Assembly (NCBI GenBank): GCA_963752475.1
Contig: CAVVYR010000001.1
Coordinates: 96,001-160,000, forward strand
Direction of reading: 5' to 3'
DNA from: an uncultured Chloroflexia bacterium
GTDB lineage: Bacteria; Chloroflexota; Limnocylindria; Limnocylindrales; CSP1-4
DNA: 64,000 nt
Of this stretch, positions 48,664 to 58,961 are shown one piece after another. Position numbers and translations under genes: made by a program. The notes under the pieces were generated by a model. That model searched no databases. It saw only the letters and a program-made list of their open reading frames with translations, and was not told the origin of the DNA. Positions within the stretch are counted from its first letter, which is position 1. Every line of letters begins with the position of its first letter.

Positions 48664-50853
48664 TCAGCGCCAGGTCCTCACCTTTTCAGGGTAGACGCGG
48701 ACCCGCCGGAAGGGCTCGCGACCGCGAGAGCGCGAGACGAGGTTGGCCGCCTCCGCCGCTCGATGCTGCAGCTTGCGCAGGTAGGCGTTCTGCGGCGACA
48801 GCTCCACCGGCTTGGACTTGGAGCGCACGAGCTCGATGGCCTCCTCGAGCTCCCGCATGGCCACGTCCTGTGGGTCCGAGTCGAGCACGAAGAGGCTGGT
48901 CAGGATGGATTGCATCTGGACCACGGTGTTCGACTTGAGCACGTAGATGGGGATGCCGCGCGCCTCCGACTCGCGGATGACAGGCGACTTCTGCTTGTAG
49001 CTGCTGCGCAGCGTGATGACGACATCGGCCTCGTCCGGCTCGCGGACGACCACGACCGGCAGCTGCAGGTCCTTGATGGCCTGCTCGAGTCGCTTCTTGC
49101 TGATGCCGTAGCCGAGCACGTTCATCGGCTCGAGCTGGACCGGCGTCTCGTTGATCTCACTCAGACGGATGAGCGACTCCTCTTCCTCGCGGGAACCGGC
49201 CGGGACGTCGATCTCACCGTCGGCCGTGGCCAGGCCGCCCGTAGCGCCGGCATCGAGCGCGGCCGGAATGCGCTCGGCCCTGGCCGCGACCTCTGACTCG
49301 ACGGCCTCGACCTCGTCCGCCTCCAGTTCGCTCATGGCGCGCGTGGCTGATGCCCGCCACTCGGCTTGCCGCTCGAACTCACGCGCATCCCGGGCCCGCG
49401 GCTCGGGCGCGCTGGAGCCACGCTCCATGGGTCCGCGATCGGCGATGGCACCCGCGCGGAAGACGGCACCGCCACCTGCGCGGCGACGGCTCTCATCCCC
49501 GGGCCACTCCATGCCTCGTCCTCGCCGGCTGCGGCTGCGCGGGGCACTGCCGGCGCGACCGGCGCCCTCGGCTCCCGGGCCCCTGCGCTCGCCGCGCGGC
49601 GCGGTATCACCGAAACCGCTCTGACCCGGACCTACGAGCCCACCGAAGCGCTCACCAGGCATGCGGCTACGCGGCCCGGGCCGGTTGCGGGCCTGGGAGC
49701 GATGGACGCCAGCCTCGTCGCGCCAGCGCATCTCGGGTGCCAACGCATCACCGCGGAGCAGGGCGTCGATGGTCTCGGCCACGTCGCTGTGGACGGCGAC
49801 GCGATCCCGGTCCTGGATCTCCACGACCACGTCGAAGGTCGGCGGCGCCTTGCGCTCGAGGACCGACTTCTGCGTCCGCCGCCGGCGGGCTTCATCGTCA
49901 CCCAACGTCACCGTCTGGATGCCGCCGATGAGGTCCGAGAGCGTGGGGTTCATCATCAGGTTGTCGAGGTTGTTGCCGTGGGCGGTACCGATGAGCTGCA
50001 CGCCACGCTCGGCGATGGTGCGGGCGGCGACTGCCTCCAACTCCGTGCCGATCTCGTCGATGACGATGACCTCGGGCATGTGGTTCTCGACGGCTTCGAT
50101 CATGACCGCGTGCTGACGGTCGGGCGTCTTGACCTGCATGCGTCGGGCACGACCGATACCGGCGTGCGGGATGTCTCCGTCGCCGGCGATCTCATTGCTG
50201 GTGTCGACGATGACGACACGCTTGTCGAGGTCGTCCGCGAGCACGCGCGCGGCCTCACGCAGCATCGTCGTCTTGCCGATGCCCGGCCGGCCCATGATGA
50301 GGATCGACTGCCCTGACTCGACGAGGTCGTCGATGATCTCGATGGTGCCGAAGACGGCACGACCGACGCGGCAGGTGAGGCCGACGATCTTGCCGCTGCG
50401 GTTGCGGATGGCGCTGATGCGGTGGAGCGTGCGCTCGATGCCAGCGCGGTTGTCATCCCCGAACGAGCCCACGTGGTCGACCACGTACTGGATGTCGTCG
50501 GTGCTGGTCTCACGGTCGAGCAGGACCTCCTCGCCTCCTCCGCCGAAGCGAGCCTCCGGGCGGCGCCCGAGGTCCATCACGACCTCGATGACGCTGCCCA
50601 CGTCCTCGAGTTCACGCATCCGTCGGGCGATCTCGGGCGGCAAGGCCTCGAGGAGCGACTCCAGGTGGTCGGCCACCAGTTCGGGCTTGCCGCCGTCCAC
50701 GCTCACGGAGGGGACGGGCGCAGCTTTGGCCTCGGGCTCCTGAGCGGGCGGAGCCTCGGCCGGCTCTGGCGCGTGTGCCTCGGGAGTGGCTTCTGTGACG
50801 GAGGTCTCGGAGCGGGTCGACGACATGGGTTCCTCCGATGGCGGAGTGGACAT
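48664..50853 (-). CDS. Ycf45/SpoIIIAA-like AAA ATPase with C-terminal R3H domain
   Basis: [81 protein letters not shown]. Confidence 0.92.
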   Translation of the reverse strand: MSTPPSEEPMSSTRSETSVTEATPEAHAPEPAEAPPAQEPEAKAAPVPSVSVDGGKPELVADHLESLLEALPPEIARRMRELEDVGSVIEVVMDLGRRPEARFGGGGEEVLLDRETSTDDIQYVVDHVGSFGDDNRAGIERTLHRISAIRNRSGKIVGLTCRVGRAVFGTIEIIDDLVESGQSILIMGRPGIGKTTMLREAARVLADDLDKRVVIVDTSNEIAGDGDIPHAGIGRARRMQVKTPDRQHAVMIEAVENHMPEVIVIDEIGTELEAVAARTIAERGVQLIGTAHGNNLDNLMMNPTLSDLIGGIQTVTLGDDEARRRRTQKSVLERKAPPTFDVVVEIQDRDRVAVHSDVAETIDALLRGDALAPEMRWRDEAGVHRSQARNRPGPRSRMPGERFGGLVGPGQSGFGDTAPRGERRGPGAEGAGRAGSAPRSRSRRGRGMEWPGDESRRRAGGGAVFRAGAIADRGPMERGSSAPEPRARDAREFERQAEWRASATRAMSELEADEVEAVESEVAARAERIPAALDAGATGGLATADGEIDVPAGSREEEESLIRLSEINETPVQLEPMNVLGYGISKKRLEQAIKDLQLPVVVVREPDEADVVITLRSSYKQKSPVIRESEARGIPIYVLKSNTVVQMQSILTSLFVLDSDPQDVAMRELEEAIELVRSKSKPVELSPQNAYLRKLQHRAAEAANLVSRSRGREPFRRVRVYPEKVRTWR

Positions 50854-51941
50854 CAGACGGCTGGTACCAATGAGGGCTCCGCCACCCTCACCAGTGCCTC
50901 CTTGACGAGCAGCGAGACGGTCGCGATAGCCTCCATGTCCTGCTCTTCGAGACGGTGGTCGATCGGTGATTCATAGGTCCGTACGCAGGCCATGACGCCG
51001 TGTTGGTGGGCCCCGTCGGCCGAGCGCTGATCCGCCCCCGAGCGCTCCCCGATAAGCCCGAGTCCATAGCGGATGAGGGGTGTGGCGTCGTGGTCCGGCA
51101 GGGACATGACGCGCATGTAGTGGGGTTGCTGTTCCTTGGCCACACCGACCTGGAGCATGGCCGAGAGCCCCTGCCCGTCGGCCGACTCCTGCACCAGCGA
51201 CTCGACGTCGGCGAAGCGAAGCAGGGGCGTGAGCGACGTACGCGGCACGCTCGAGCGACCCGGGAGGTTCTCCCAGTCGGGCAGCCGATAGCCCTCGAGC
51301 CGCGCCACCGGCGAGGGCGTGACCCGCTTGTACAGCCGAGCCAGATCGACGGAGTCGAGGTTGGTGGCTGGGCGGATGCGCAACTGCTCGGCGTCGACGG
51401 CACGCAGGTCGGGGAAGGGCGCGCCGGGGTCACGGAAGAGGATGGACTCTTCGCCGTAGCGCGCGAAACCCGCCTGCATGAAGAGCTCGACATTGCCGTC
51501 CGTGTCGGCACAGGCCACGTGGAAGCGGCTGGCGCCACGCCGCGAGCCATCACGCATGAGGTGCTGGACGAGCCGGTAGCGGATGTCGCCGGCGTCCTCC
51601 TGGTCGATCGCATCGAGCTCCACGATGGTCCACTCGTCGCGGTTGGCGTCACGCTCGACGCGGGCCAGGCCCGAGAGTCGGCCGCCCTCGTCGTAGACGT
51701 ACATCTGGTCGTTGGGCTTGAACGCGCCCAGCGGCATGCGGAAGAGGCTGAAGACCGAGACGTGGCTAGCGGTCACGGGCAGGCCCAGGGAACGCATGGC
51801 GTGTTGCGGCTCGTCTCCACGGTGGCCGTCGTTGGGGTGGGCATCGATCGAGAGGTGGGCCATCCGGGATAGCTCTCCGACCGCTGCCAGATCGGTCAGG
51901 CGAGCTGCGCGGACGCGGCCCGAGCGAGTCGTCGCTGGCAT
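50853..51941 (-). CDS. Tandem GNAT-fold protein
   Basis: VRAARLTDL and IRPATNLD starts of two GNAT-like halves; ELFMQAGF; TGATG coupling to the R3H gene. Confidence 0.7.
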   Translation of the reverse strand: MPATTRSGRVRAARLTDLAAVGELSRMAHLSIDAHPNDGHRGDEPQHAMRSLGLPVTASHVSVFSLFRMPLGAFKPNDQMYVYDEGGRLSGLARVERDANRDEWTIVELDAIDQEDAGDIRYRLVQHLMRDGSRRGASRFHVACADTDGNVELFMQAGFARYGEESILFRDPGAPFPDLRAVDAEQLRIRPATNLDSVDLARLYKRVTPSPVARLEGYRLPDWENLPGRSSVPRTSLTPLLRFADVESLVQESADGQGLSAMLQVGVAKEQQPHYMRVMSLPDHDATPLIRYGLGLIGERSGADQRSADGAHQHGVMACVRTYESPIDHRLEEQDMEAIATVSLLVKEALVRVAEPSLVPAV

Positions 51942-51972
51942 CAGCGCCCCCTCGTCGTGCTGCGTCGGCGGG

Positions 51973-52614
51973 TCATCGTGAGGCCTCTAGCCCCCTGCGC
52001 GTCGGATGGGGCCGGCGCCCGCTACCTTCGGCGGGTTCTGCGTAGGCCCCAGCCATGGTCGTGAGCAAGCGGTGGAAGCGGACCTCTCCCGTCAGCTCGG
52101 GATGGAAGGCCGTGGCGATGACGTTGCGCTGTCGCACGGCCACAACGCTACCGTCTTCGAGCCGCGCCAGCACGTCCACTTCGTCGCCCGTGCGCTCCAC
52201 GATGGGGGCGCGGATGAACACCGCATGGACGGGGGTATCGCCGAGTACAGGCACCTCGAGATCGGCCTCGAACGAGTCCAGCTGGCGCCCGAAGGCGTTG
52301 CGCTTGACCGAGACGTCGAGCACGGGGAACACGGCCTCGTCGCCGTCCACGATGTCCGCGGCCAGCAGGATCATGCCCGCGCACGTGCCCAGCACCGGGG
52401 CACCGGCACGGATGAGCTCGAGGACCGGCTGGCGCAGGCCCCAGCGGTCGATGAGCTTGCGCATGGTCGTGGACTCGCCGCCGGGCAGGATGAGCCCGGC
52501 GAGGCCCTCGAGATCCTCTGGCAGGCGCACGGGCACGGCCTCCGCACCGATGCCACGAAGCACGGCTTCGTGTTCGGCGAAGGCACCCTGGACGCGAAGG
52601 ACTCCGATCCTCAT
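51973..52614 (-). CDS. pdxT: Pyridoxal 5'-phosphate synthase glutaminase subunit
   Basis: QGAFAEH, LPGGESTT, GTCAGMIL, RNAFGRQ, FIRAP, FHPEL. Confidence 0.97.
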   Translation of the reverse strand: MRIGVLRVQGAFAEHEAVLRGIGAEAVPVRLPEDLEGLAGLILPGGESTTMRKLIDRWGLRQPVLELIRAGAPVLGTCAGMILLAADIVDGDEAVFPVLDVSVKRNAFGRQLDSFEADLEVPVLGDTPVHAVFIRAPIVERTGDEVDVLARLEDGSVVAVRQRNVIATAFHPELTGEVRFHRLLTTMAGAYAEPAEGSGRRPHPTRRGLEASR

Positions 52615-52638
52615 ACGTGTCGCCCGAGGCTCGCGGGG

Positions 52639-53526
52639 CTACCAGCCGCGAACGGCGAGGCGCTCCTCCTCCGGCACGGAGGCGGCGTTCATGCCGCGCA
52701 TGGGCTCACCCAGTCCGCGCGAAACCTCGGCGATGATCTTGGGATCGTCGTAGTGCGTGGTGGCCTGGACGATGGCGTTGGCGGTGGTGGCAGGATCTTC
52801 GGACTTGAAGATGCCCGAGCCCACGAAGACTCCTTCTGCGCCCAACTGCATGGCAAGGGCCGCATCCGAGGGAGTGGCGATGCCGCCGGCCACGAAGTTG
52901 ACCACCGGCAGGCGGCCGGCGGCGGCCACGTCCTTGACGATGTCGTACGGCGCGCCCAGCTCCTTGGCCGCCACGAAGAGCTCGTCCTCGCGCATGTTCT
53001 GGAGCTGTCGGATGCGGGCGTTGACCGAGCGGATGTGGCGTACGGCCTCGACGATGTCGCCGGTGCCGGCCTCACCCTTGGTGCGCATCATGGCCGCGCC
53101 TTCGTTGATGCGGCGCAGCGCCTCACCGAGGTCACGAGCGCCACACACGAACGGCACCTTGAACTGGTGCTTATCGATGTGGTTTTCCTCGTCGGCCGGC
53201 GTCAGCACCTCCGACTCATCGATGTAGTCGACGCCCAGCGCCTCCAGCACCTGTGCTTCAACGAAGTGGCCGATGCGGGCCTTGGCCATGACCGGGATGG
53301 TCACCGCCTCCATGATCCCGCTGACGAGCGAGGGATCGCTCATACGCGCCACGCCTCCGGACGCGCGGATGTCCGCGGGCACGCGCTCCAGCGCCATGAC
53401 CGCTACGGCGCCGGCATCTTCTGCGATGCGCGCCTGGTCTGGGGTGACGACGTCCATGATGACGCCGCCCTTGAGCATCTGGGCCAGACCCTTCTTGGTC
53501 GCCCAGGTGGACGTCTCGACGTTCAC
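52639..53526 (-). CDS. pdxS: Pyridoxal 5'-phosphate synthase lyase subunit
   Basis: [57 protein letters not shown] end. Start GTG 53526 with GAGAGG RBS. Confidence 0.97.
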   Translation of the reverse strand: MNVETSTWATKKGLAQMLKGGVIMDVVTPDQARIAEDAGAVAVMALERVPADIRASGGVARMSDPSLVSGIMEAVTIPVMAKARIGHFVEAQVLEALGVDYIDESEVLTPADEENHIDKHQFKVPFVCGARDLGEALRRINEGAAMMRTKGEAGTGDIVEAVRHIRSVNARIRQLQNMREDELFVAAKELGAPYDIVKDVAAAGRLPVVNFVAGGIATPSDAALAMQLGAEGVFVGSGIFKSEDPATTANAIVQATTHYDDPKIIAEVSRGLGEPMRGMNAASVPEEERLAVRGW

Positions 53527-53746
53527 GAATGGCCTCTCAGAGGATGGGATGCTCGAGGTCGGGAGTACCTCGCGATGGATGGAGCGATTATCGCACGCAC
53601 GAGCCCCGACCCCGTTCGGCGGGCAGGGCTGATGTCGGTCGTGGGCGGTGTGGTGAGCGGAGGGGTAGTGGTACCTATGGGCCCGGTGCTGGGGGGCACC
53701 ACCGTCAGGAGGGCCAACTCGCGTTCCCTTTGGTAGCGTCCCTGAC

Positions 53747-54556
53747 ATGCCGACACGCCAACGGACCCAACGTCCACCGATCGATCTCGCCGTGGAGCTC
53801 GAGCGGGCCGTCGAGCGCAACGAGTTCGGACTCGAGTACCAGCCGATCATCGACCTGGGCTCCGGAGCCATCGCTGCGGTCGAGGCACTCTTGCGCTGGC
53901 GGCATCCCTTGATGGGCACCATCGCCCCCGCCGAATACCTTCCTCTGGCCGAGGAGACCGGACACATCGTGCCCATCGGCGAGCGGGTGCTCGATGCCGC
54001 TACCCGCCAGCTGCGCACGTGGCACCTGGGCTTCGCCCGCATGCAGGACCTCAGGGTCAACGTCAACATCTCGCCGCGTCAGCTGAGCCACGAGAACCTC
54101 ATCCCGCACATCACCATGGTGCTGCATCGTGCCGACCTCGATCCCTCGTCGCTGACGCTGGAGCTGGGCACCGGCTGCAGCGCGTATCCCGACCACATCG
54201 CGGCCCTGGCCGAGGTCGGTGTGGGCCTGGCACTCGAGGACTTCGGGCAGGGCTCGTCGCTCGACGAAGTGCGCGAGATGCCGCTGACGACGGTGAAGCT
54301 GGTGCCGACCTTCGCGACCATGGCCGCGGGTAATGACGACGACGTCGCCTTTGCCGAGAGCGTGCTGGCACTGTGCCGGGCACGTGGCCTCTCGACCGTG
54401 GGCAAGGGCGTGGAGACGCGCGATCAGGCTCGCCGCCTGGCCGTGCTCGGCTGCGACATGGCTCAGGGTTACCTCTACTCCAAGCCGCTCGGCTCCGAGG
54501 GCATCGGAACACTGCTCGCGCGCGGTCGGGTCACCGCACCCACCAGCGCCCGCTAG
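53747..54556 (+). CDS. Stand-alone EAL domain protein with degenerate motifs
   Basis: [41 protein letters not shown]; TGgTAGCGT 7 nt upstream of ATG. Confidence 0.9.
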   Translation: MPTRQRTQRPPIDLAVELERAVERNEFGLEYQPIIDLGSGAIAAVEALLRWRHPLMGTIAPAEYLPLAEETGHIVPIGERVLDAATRQLRTWHLGFARMQDLRVNVNISPRQLSHENLIPHITMVLHRADLDPSSLTLELGTGCSAYPDHIAALAEVGVGLALEDFGQGSSLDEVREMPLTTVKLVPTFATMAAGNDDDVAFAESVLALCRARGLSTVGKGVETRDQARRLAVLGCDMAQGYLYSKPLGSEGIGTLLARGRVTAPTSAR

Positions 54557-54720
54557 CACCCTGCCCCGCCGCGATCGGGCGGCAGCCATCGCCTCGCCTT
54601 GGCTTCTCGTCGTCGCTGCGCGTCCAGTCGCCGGTCATCGATCGAGTGTCACCGATCGTCGAGCGGCCCTGAGCCGGACACATGATCGGAAGATGAGGGC
54701 GCCAGCGTAGCGGTCGGCGG

Positions 54721-54842
54721 CTGCTACTCACCGGCGGGCTGCCACTCACCGGCGGGCTGCCACTCACCGGCGGGCTGCCACTCACCGGCGGGCTGCCACT
54801 TCCCGGCGGGCTGCCACTCACGGGCGGGCTGCCACACCCCGG
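54721..54842. repeat. Tandem array of six full and one partial 18-bp units (CTGCCACTCACCGGCGGG)
   Basis: Units start at 54721, 54739, 54757, 54775, 54793, 54811 and 54829; no spacers; intergenic between convergent genes. Confidence 0.95.
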
Positions 54843-54851
54843 ACGTGACGA

Positions 54852-54967
54852 ACGGCCGGGAGGTCCGTGCCTACCCGGCCGTCGAGGGTGCTCCGAAGCG
54901 CAGGAGTCGGAGCGAGGGTCGCAGCGCGTCAAGACCAGCGACCCAGGCCGGCCGCATCACGGCCGGC
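54852..54967. other. Four back-to-back inverted repeats (candidate structured RNA or terminator cluster)
   Basis: Stems ACGGCCGGGAGG/CCT-A-CCCGGCCGT (54852-54882), GCTCCGA/TCGGAGC (54890-54913), GGGTCGC/GCGACCC (54916-54944), GCCGGCCG/CGGCCGGC (54947-54967). Confidence 0.7.
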
Positions 54968-54980
54968 AGGAAGGGGTCGT

Positions 54981-55271
54981 CTAGAACATCCCCATGGCGC
55001 TCATCACGCCGCCGTAGAGGAAGACACCGGCCACCAGGGCGACGGCCACGAAGGCGCGACCTCGGGAGCTGTGCTGATGGTCCAGCGTCGCCTGCTGCTG
55101 GTGCACGTCGAAGCCGGTGCCGCGGTAGCGCTCGGTCAGCGACATCTCACGCTCCGGCTCGACCGTTGACCCAGCGACAGGACGGGCGGCCATCGGATCC
55201 CAGCGGCATGCGGGGCAGATACCAGTCGTGATGTCCAGCTCGGTCTCACATTCGGGGCAGTAAGCGTTCAT
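54981..55271 (-). CDS. Small zinc-ribbon membrane protein
   Basis: MNAYCPEC...CPAC with a C-terminal TM helix; AAGGA RBS before ATG 55271. Confidence 0.75.
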   Translation of the reverse strand: MNAYCPECETELDITTGICPACRWDPMAARPVAGSTVEPEREMSLTERYRGTGFDVHQQQATLDHQHSSRGRAFVAVALVAGVFLYGGVMSAMGMF

Positions 55272-55539
55272 CGGTCCTTGTCCTTGATCTGCTTGTTCCT
55301 GCGCTCGGTGTCGATGTGACGTCTCGGACACTACTGGCCCCTCAGGTCAGGCCACCATCACCCGGTCGTCCCATGGTTTGGGCGGCAACGACCGCTGCTG
55401 TGCGGTCTGGTGCGCAAGCGAGCCACGGCCCCGCGTAGCTATTCGGTACTGCCTGCCAGAGTCCCTGCGTAGGGCATCGTGTGGTCTGCGCTAGGATGCC
55501 GAGGCAGCGTGAGAGCGTCACGCCGACTCGAGGTATTCG

Positions 55540-56052
55540 TTGGATAGCGCCGTCCTTCTTCTGAACGCCGACTACGAGCCACTCAACGTCTGCGATCTGC
55601 GCAGGGCGTTCCGGCTCGTCTTCGGCGCGAAGGCGGAGGTCATCGAGTACGACCACACCGAGGTCCGCACTCCCACCGAAGTCCTGCGAGCGCCCTCGGT
55701 CATCAAGCTGCAGTACCGCATCAAGCGTCCCCGACCGCGGGTACGCCTCTCCCGGCGTGAGGTCTTCGCCAGGGACGGCCACGTCTGCCAGTACTGCGGC
55801 GAGCGCACCTCCAAGCTGACCATCGACCACGTCCTGCCCCGACACCGAGGCGGCAGCCATAGCTGGGACAACCTCGTGGCTGCCTGCAGCAGCTGCAACC
55901 ATCGCAAGGGTGGCCGCCTGCCGGAAGAGGCAGGGATGCGCCTGCGCAAGCCGCCGTACGAACCCAAGTGCGACGTGTACGCGATGTACTCGTCATATCT
56001 CTCCGACCCGCGCAACGAAGCGTGGCGCGACTACCTCACGCTCAACCGCTGA
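55540..56052 (+). CDS. HNH endonuclease (McrA-like)
   Basis: VLLLNADYEPL, PSVI.L, RDGHVCQYCG, TIDHVLPR.RGG..SWDNLVAACSSCNHRKG. Confidence 0.93.
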   Translation: MDSAVLLLNADYEPLNVCDLRRAFRLVFGAKAEVIEYDHTEVRTPTEVLRAPSVIKLQYRIKRPRPRVRLSRREVFARDGHVCQYCGERTSKLTIDHVLPRHRGGSHSWDNLVAACSSCNHRKGGRLPEEAGMRLRKPPYEPKCDVYAMYSSYLSDPRNEAWRDYLTLNR

Positions 56053-56060
56053 GCGAGCTC

Positions 56061-57386
56061 GTGGACAAGGAGCGTCCACCCTTCGCCATCCACCCGGACG
56101 TGACCTCGGTGCTGGAGTCGCTGTGGGAGGCAGGACACGGCGGCTATCTCGTCGGCGGCGGCGTCCGCGATGCTCTCCTGGGCCTGCCGGTCAACGACTG
56201 GGACATCGCCACCGACGCTCGACCCGAGGGCATCATGCGCATCTTCCCAGGCTCCAGCTACCAGAACCGCTTCGGGACCGTGCTCGCGCGTGGCCTGGAG
56301 ATCACCACCTTTCGTCGCGACCATCGCTACGCCGACCACCGCCGGCCGGACACGGTCACGTTCAGCCAGGACATCTTCGAGGACCTGGCTCGGCGTGATC
56401 TGACCATCAACGCCATCGCCTGGGGCCGCCGAGGGCCCGATGCCGCAGCGCGCATCGTCGACCCCGCCGACGGGCAGGGCGACCTCGCGGCGCGACTGGT
56501 GCGAGCGGTCGGTGACCCGGCGCGGCGATTCGACGAGGACGCGCTGCGCCTGCTGCGAGCGGTGCGCATCGCAGCCAAGCTCGGATTCGCCATCGAGCCC
56601 ATGACGCGTGCTGCGATCGTGACCCACGCGGCCGATGTCGAATGGGTCTCCGAGGAGCGCATCGGCAGAGAGGTCCGCCGGATGCTCGCCGCCAGCGGGC
56701 CGTCCCGCGCCATCCGACTGATGGCCGAGACCGGCATCCTGGCCACCACCCTGCCCGAGCTCGAGGCCCTGCCGGCACCGGCGACCGAACGCGCGCTGGC
56801 CACGCTCGACCTCATCACCGCCGAGCACCCCGCACGAGAACGCCTGGCGCTGGCGGCATTGCTGAGCGAGATCGGGCCCGACCCGGCTCGCGGCGTGCTC
56901 CTGCGGCTGCGCGTGTCGAGCCGCGACGCCGAGGCCGTGGCCATGCTCATCGCGGCGGCGCCAGAGCGCTACGACCGAACCTGGACCGACCCCGATGTCC
57001 GCCGCTACATGGGCCGCGTGCCTGCCGACCTCGTGCCCGAGCTGCTGGAGTTGCGTGGCGCTCGGGCCCAGGCCAGCGCCGACGACGATCCCGACGGCCC
57101 GTCGCGCGAAGCCGAGCTGGCTGAGCGGATCGAGAGCCAGGAGGCCGCCGCTTCGCCCCTGTCGCTGGCGGCGCTGGCGGTCGATGGACGCGACCTGCGC
57201 GAGACGCTGGGCCTGCCCGAGGGTCCGGCCATCGGCGCCATCCTCGAGCGGCTGCTCGCGGACGTCATCGAGGACCCCACGTTGAACACGCGCCTGACGC
57301 TGCTGACGAGAGCGAGCCTCATCCTCGAGGAGATGATGGGACGACGAGGCGCGGCCGCAGGCCCTCGCCGGCCACCCATCAGGTAG
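56061..57386 (+). CDS. cca: Class II tRNA nucleotidyltransferase (CCA-adding enzyme)
   Basis: YLVGGGVRD, DWDIATD, EITTFR, EDLARRDLTINA, RFDEDALRLLRAVR, VSEERI, LAVDGRDL. Start GTG 56061. Confidence 0.92.
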   Translation: MDKERPPFAIHPDVTSVLESLWEAGHGGYLVGGGVRDALLGLPVNDWDIATDARPEGIMRIFPGSSYQNRFGTVLARGLEITTFRRDHRYADHRRPDTVTFSQDIFEDLARRDLTINAIAWGRRGPDAAARIVDPADGQGDLAARLVRAVGDPARRFDEDALRLLRAVRIAAKLGFAIEPMTRAAIVTHAADVEWVSEERIGREVRRMLAASGPSRAIRLMAETGILATTLPELEALPAPATERALATLDLITAEHPARERLALAALLSEIGPDPARGVLLRLRVSSRDAEAVAMLIAAAPERYDRTWTDPDVRRYMGRVPADLVPELLELRGARAQASADDDPDGPSREAELAERIESQEAAASPLSLAALAVDGRDLRETLGLPEGPAIGAILERLLADVIEDPTLNTRLTLLTRASLILEEMMGRRGAAAGPRRPPIR

Positions 57387-57396
57387 GCTGCGAATC

Positions 57397-57984
57397 GTGA
57401 TCGAGCAGATCCTCCAGGCGGACCGATACCTGCAGGTGGACCAGGTCGAGAAGGCCCGGGATGTCTATCAGAAGGTCGTCGACATGGACCCCGGCAACGC
57501 TATCGCGGTCGTGGGCCTGGCTCGTTGCGCCCTCGCCGACGGCGAAGACCAGCGAGCCTACGAACTGGCCTCGCGCGCCCTCGAGATCGACCCCGACAAC
57601 GACATGGCCCGGCGCATGGAGGCGCGGCTCTCGGAGATCCTGGCCACGCGCGGCGCGCCGGTCGAACGCCCTCACGCTGCAGCCGAGCCGAGCTCCATCG
57701 AGATGCGCCAGGTCGTCACTGCTGACGAACCGACCCAGGAGCCGGCCGACGAGGCCGCTGACGGTGGCGTGGCCGCGGCCGCGCCACGACCCCAAGCCGC
57801 GCTCGAGCCTGCCGACGAAGCCGAGGCCGCGCCACAGCCCCAACGCGAGCGTGCCGCGGCCGCCGCGACGCCGACCTCCACGACCACGACCACGAGACCG
57901 ACCACGAGACCGACTACGAGACCGAGCAAGCCGAAGGAGCCGCCCGTGCGCAAGTCCCTCTTCGATCGTCTGTTGGGCCGCTGA
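57397..57984 (+). CDS. Tetratricopeptide repeat protein with low-complexity tail
   Basis: TPR-like repeats YQKVVDMDPGN.IA..GLA and ALEIDPDN; A/P/T-rich tail; ends SLFDRLLGR. Confidence 0.82.
   Translation: MIEQILQADRYLQVDQVEKARDVYQKVVDMDPGNAIAVVGLARCALADGEDQRAYELASRALEIDPDNDMARRMEARLSEILATRGAPVERPHAAAEPSSIEMRQVVTADEPTQEPADEAADGGVAAAAPRPQAALEPADEAEAAPQPQRERAAAAATPTSTTTTTRPTTRPTTRPSKPKEPPVRKSLFDRLLGR
57889..57924 (+). repeat. In-frame 12-bp tandem repeat x3 (Thr-Thr-Arg-Pro)
   Basis: ACCACGAGACCG ACCACGAGACCG ACTACGAGACCG inside the TPR gene. Confidence 0.85.
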
Positions 57985-58955
57985 TGCGAGTGCTCGTCAC
58001 TGGTGGCGCCGGCTACATCGGCAGCGTCACCGTGGAACAGCTCATCCTCGCAGGCCACGACGTGGTCGTGCTCGACACGCTCGTGACCGGCCACCGCGAG
58101 TCGGTCGCACCGGGCGCCGAGCTGGCCGTGCACTCGGTGATGGAAAAGGACGCTCTGGTGGGCCTGCTCGAGGAGCACCACATCGAGGCCGTTCTGCACT
58201 GCGCCGCGCGCTCGCTGGTCGGCCAGTCGATGCAGGACCCCGGGCTCTACTTCACCGAGAACGTGGTCGGCGGCATCGCACTCCTCGACGCTCTGCGCGA
58301 GGCCGGCGTCAGCCGCATCGTCTTCAGCTGCACCGCGGCCGTCTATGGCGAGCCCGACCGAGTGCCCATCTTCGAGACAGCGCCGACGCGGCCGGTCAAC
58401 CCCTACGGTGCGTCGAAGCTCGCCTTCGAAAGCGCCATGCGCTGGTACGCCGCCTATGGCCTGCGCTCGGTTTCGCTGCGCTACTTCAACGTGGCCGGCG
58501 CGAGCGAGCACTACGGCGAGCGCCACGATCCTGAGACGCACCTCATCCCCAACGTGCTCAAGGCCGCCCAGGGTGGCGACCCGTTGACGATCTTCGGCGA
58601 CGACTACCCCACTGCGGACGGCACCGCCATCCGTGACTACATCCACGTGCTCGACCTCGCCGACGCCCATATCGCGGCCCTGGAGCTGACCGGCTCGATG
58701 GAGCCGGGTCAGGAGATCGCCAACCTCGGCTCCGGCAGCGGTTTCTCGGTCAAGCAGGTGCTTGATGCCGCCAGCGAGATCGTCGGTGGCGAGATCCCGC
58801 ACAGCTATGGCCCGCGCCGCGCCGGCGACCCGCCCGCGCTCATCGCTTCCAACGTCAAGGCGGACGAACTCCTCGGCTGGCGGCCTCAGCGAGGCAGCCT
58901 CGGCGAGATGATCGGCTCGGCCTGGGCCCTGCTGCAGTCGCGCCAGATCGACTGA
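57984..58955 (+). CDS. galE: UDP-glucose 4-epimerase
   Basis: VLVTGGAGYIGS, NPYGASK, LRYFNVAGA, PETHLIP, DGTAIRDYIHVLDLA, RRAGDP. Confidence 0.95.
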   Translation: MRVLVTGGAGYIGSVTVEQLILAGHDVVVLDTLVTGHRESVAPGAELAVHSVMEKDALVGLLEEHHIEAVLHCAARSLVGQSMQDPGLYFTENVVGGIALLDALREAGVSRIVFSCTAAVYGEPDRVPIFETAPTRPVNPYGASKLAFESAMRWYAAYGLRSVSLRYFNVAGASEHYGERHDPETHLIPNVLKAAQGGDPLTIFGDDYPTADGTAIRDYIHVLDLADAHIAALELTGSMEPGQEIANLGSGSGFSVKQVLDAASEIVGGEIPHSYGPRRAGDPPALIASNVKADELLGWRPQRGSLGEMIGSAWALLQSRQID

Positions 58956-58961
58956 TCGGAC

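Noticed and set aside
53527-54069. N-terminal extension of PdxS given in the ORF track
   Set aside because: It overlaps the divergent EAL gene; GTG 53526 has an RBS and gives a normal-length PdxS.
54721-54842. 18-bp repeat array as a CRISPR array
   Set aside because: The units are contiguous with no unique spacers, are too short, and there are no cas genes in the window.
54531-54932. 133-aa minus-strand ORF with GSPPVS repeats
   Set aside because: TTG start with no RBS, overlap with the EAL 3' end and composition unlike a real protein; it is probably open only because the repeat lacks stops.
55540-56052. HNH as a restriction or homing endonuclease or defence island
   Set aside because: No methyltransferase, intron or other defence genes nearby; it matches a widespread stand-alone HNH type.
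58320-58350. GalE FSCTAA variant as loss of function
   Set aside because: The catalytic Ser/Thr position is still Thr and the YxxxK motif is intact.
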